Origin: Geosiphon pyriformis uo1
Taxonomy: Eukaryota; Fungi; Glomeromycota
Assembly: GCA_016748015.1 (NCBI GenBank)
Contig: JAAOMT010000608.1
Coordinates: 186,001 to 250,000 of the forward strand
Direction of reading: 5' to 3'
DNA: 64,000 nucleotides
Each line of letters begins with the position of its first letter. Within the stretch, counting starts at the first letter, position 1. The position numbers and the translations under genes are program-made. Positions 61,973-64,000 of the stretch are shown here, piece by piece. Below the pieces are notes generated by a model. It was not told the DNA's origin. It saw nothing but the letters and a program-made list of their open reading frames with translations, and searched no databases.

Positions 61973-64000
61973 TGAGAAAAGCAATCAAAAAATAGAAATT
62001 ATCGGAGTTTCTTTTTAGTTTTGCAATTGAACTTTGATATAAAAAAACCTTTAGCTTCTTTATAGAATTTTGATGAAGTTACGCAAACTCTTACAAAAAT
62101 TTTGTCTACTTGGCGCAAATTTCTGTGTTGCTAAGTTATTGTTTGACGAAATCGCGTTATATGAACCGGTTAGAATTTTTGAAGCTAATCTTTTTGATAG
62201 TCTATTTCGAACAAATCGTTGGCAAAGTTTAAGTTCACGCCAACTTTTATGGTCCGTTCAAATTAAAAAGTTCTTTTTTTAAGTCTTTTTGTAACGATGG
62301 AGTTGAATGTAACCTTTGAACAAACAAAGACTGAATCTTAAAATGAATTTGTTATCTAAGCATGGCATTAGGTGTGCTACCTTCTTCGGTGAATTTTTTG
62401 CATAAAATTAAAACACAATTTTGGTTTTATTCGTGCGTTGAATAATACAAAAACTTTTAAATTCTTGTACCGAAAAGCAAAAATTTGACAATTTTTTGTA
62501 TTCAAGTATCAGTTCATATTTGATTGAGAATTTTTAATTCAGAACTTTTGAGCACCGACTATATCACATGCTTTGCTTTGATCAATCCACTTGAACCCAA
62601 AGGGTTTAAACAATAATTTGGTAATGTTTATGCTTATTACCAATACAAAAACTAATTTAGAAGATTGATATAAAAGATTTAAAAATCAGGGGTCTGAATA
62701 AAACTGGTTGATGGGTATTGTTTACTTTGAATAATTTTGTGATGACATAATATAACTGTTGAATGAAAATTTCGTTTCAAACACAAAATCAAATTTTTTG
62801 TGTTTTATTGTTTCAATTTAAAATTACATGTATTACAAAAATAGATGTACTTGAATTTTTTTTAATCCAATTGGCAATTTTAATTATAAGTACTTTTAAT
62901 AACAAAAAGATCTTAAAGAATTTATTTCACCAATATTTATTATTCAAAATCAAAATGATAATGCATAATTTTTAGTCAAGATTTAGTTCCAATTTTTAAA
63001 AGTAACTCAATAGAATATAATAACTGATTAAGAAATTTTTTCATTTTCTCAAAATGTTTTAAGTAACTAATTTGGAATATGTGAGAGTTTTAAAATCTTA
63101 ATGTTTTTGCATTTTGGAATGAAATTTTTATAAAATGATTTTTTAGTTGGGCAAAATAATTAGTTCAATTAAAGAAATAAAAAATTTGAATCATAATCTA
63201 TTTATTTCTTTTATTTCAATTTCAAATAGACATTAATCTTTAAAGACCAAAGTTTTGATCATTTTTGAAAATAATTTTTTTTTGCTTGTTTGGAAATCCT
63301 GGATATCTTTAACAAATTATCAATAAATTAAGGTTGACATGGGAGAATTCTATTGTTAATATCATGATTTGTGAAAGTGAAAACGTGTTCTTGATTCTAC
63401 TTAAAAAAACTATTTTATTATTATTATTTATATTGAGCATCTACATGAAAATGACTAAGCTTAAATATTTAAATTTATATAGATTTTTGGCGTTTTTCAC
63501 TTGAAACATCATGATATTCGTGTAATTAAATACAATAGGGCTTTTCATGCAAGATCTGTGTCGTCCGATTTTAGGCTTTCTCTCGTAGGATAAATTATTA
63601 CGGCATGCATGTACAGTATCTGAAATAATACTAAGAAGTGGCAAAAATTGGTTGGTTTAACAAAAAAAATTATTTCATTGTGAATGAAAAAGGAAATATA
63701 AAATATACAATCTTTTTGATACAGTTTAATATACATTATATATAAACTGTTAAATTTTCCCAGTCTTTGTTCGAATTTTTGGGAAAAAAGAATTGCATAA
63801 TATGTCATCGGTGAAACTAACTACATGTACATCCATTAAATCTGCATGCCAAGGCATGCTAAATTTGTATGATGATACACAAAATGTAAAAGAACAAAAT
63901 GTAATACGAATAAACCGTCCCTAAAAATATTTTTTAAACAGGATTTTTTTTGGTGATTAAACAAGATGATACGCAAACTTAGGGAGATTGAACTCGTTTC

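Noticed and set aside
1-64000. CRISPR arrays, rRNA/tRNA genes, prokaryotic operons or endobacterial inserts
   Set aside because: None seen. All longer genes have spliceosomal introns, and no repeat-spacer or cloverleaf patterns were noticed. The many remaining short ORF-track entries are antisense or AT-rich noise.

Overview
Very AT-rich, intron-containing eukaryotic DNA, most consistent with a Glomeromycotina (AM-fungus lineage) genome. That is an inference from the short GT-AG introns, a tyrosine-kinase-like+Sel1 pseudogene and a myristoylated LaeA-like methyltransferase. Geosiphon pyriformis, for which I recall a reported lipase class 3 expansion, is a plausible but unverified source. The window is dominated by a dispersed array of 12 intact, spliceable class 3 lipase (Lipase_3 fold) paralogues plus one relic. 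I reconstructed their exons by hand and every model sums to an open frame. Eight of the twelve have Gly instead of the catalytic Ser (GHGxGG/GFGIGG/GYGFGG) but keep the triad Asp and His. Three more keep Ser but have Asn at the oxyanion-hole position. Only one copy (55274-56739) is a canonical GHSLGG/FKGT lipase. The array therefore looks like an expanding family of secreted or membrane-anchored pseudo-lipases under selection. It includes a recent ~3.5 kb inverted duplication whose two copies differ by many amino-acid-changing substitutions. Also present: a head-to-head pair of paralogous ~68-aa secreted peptides ending in (I/V)GLI, malonyl-CoA decarboxylase, an adhesin-like (DUF4097-type) membrane protein, a SAM methyltransferase, an orphan 229-aa gene, a decayed Tc1/mariner, kinase-Sel1 and alcohol dehydrogenase pseudogenes, CpG-poor AT-rich relic blocks and one assembly gap.
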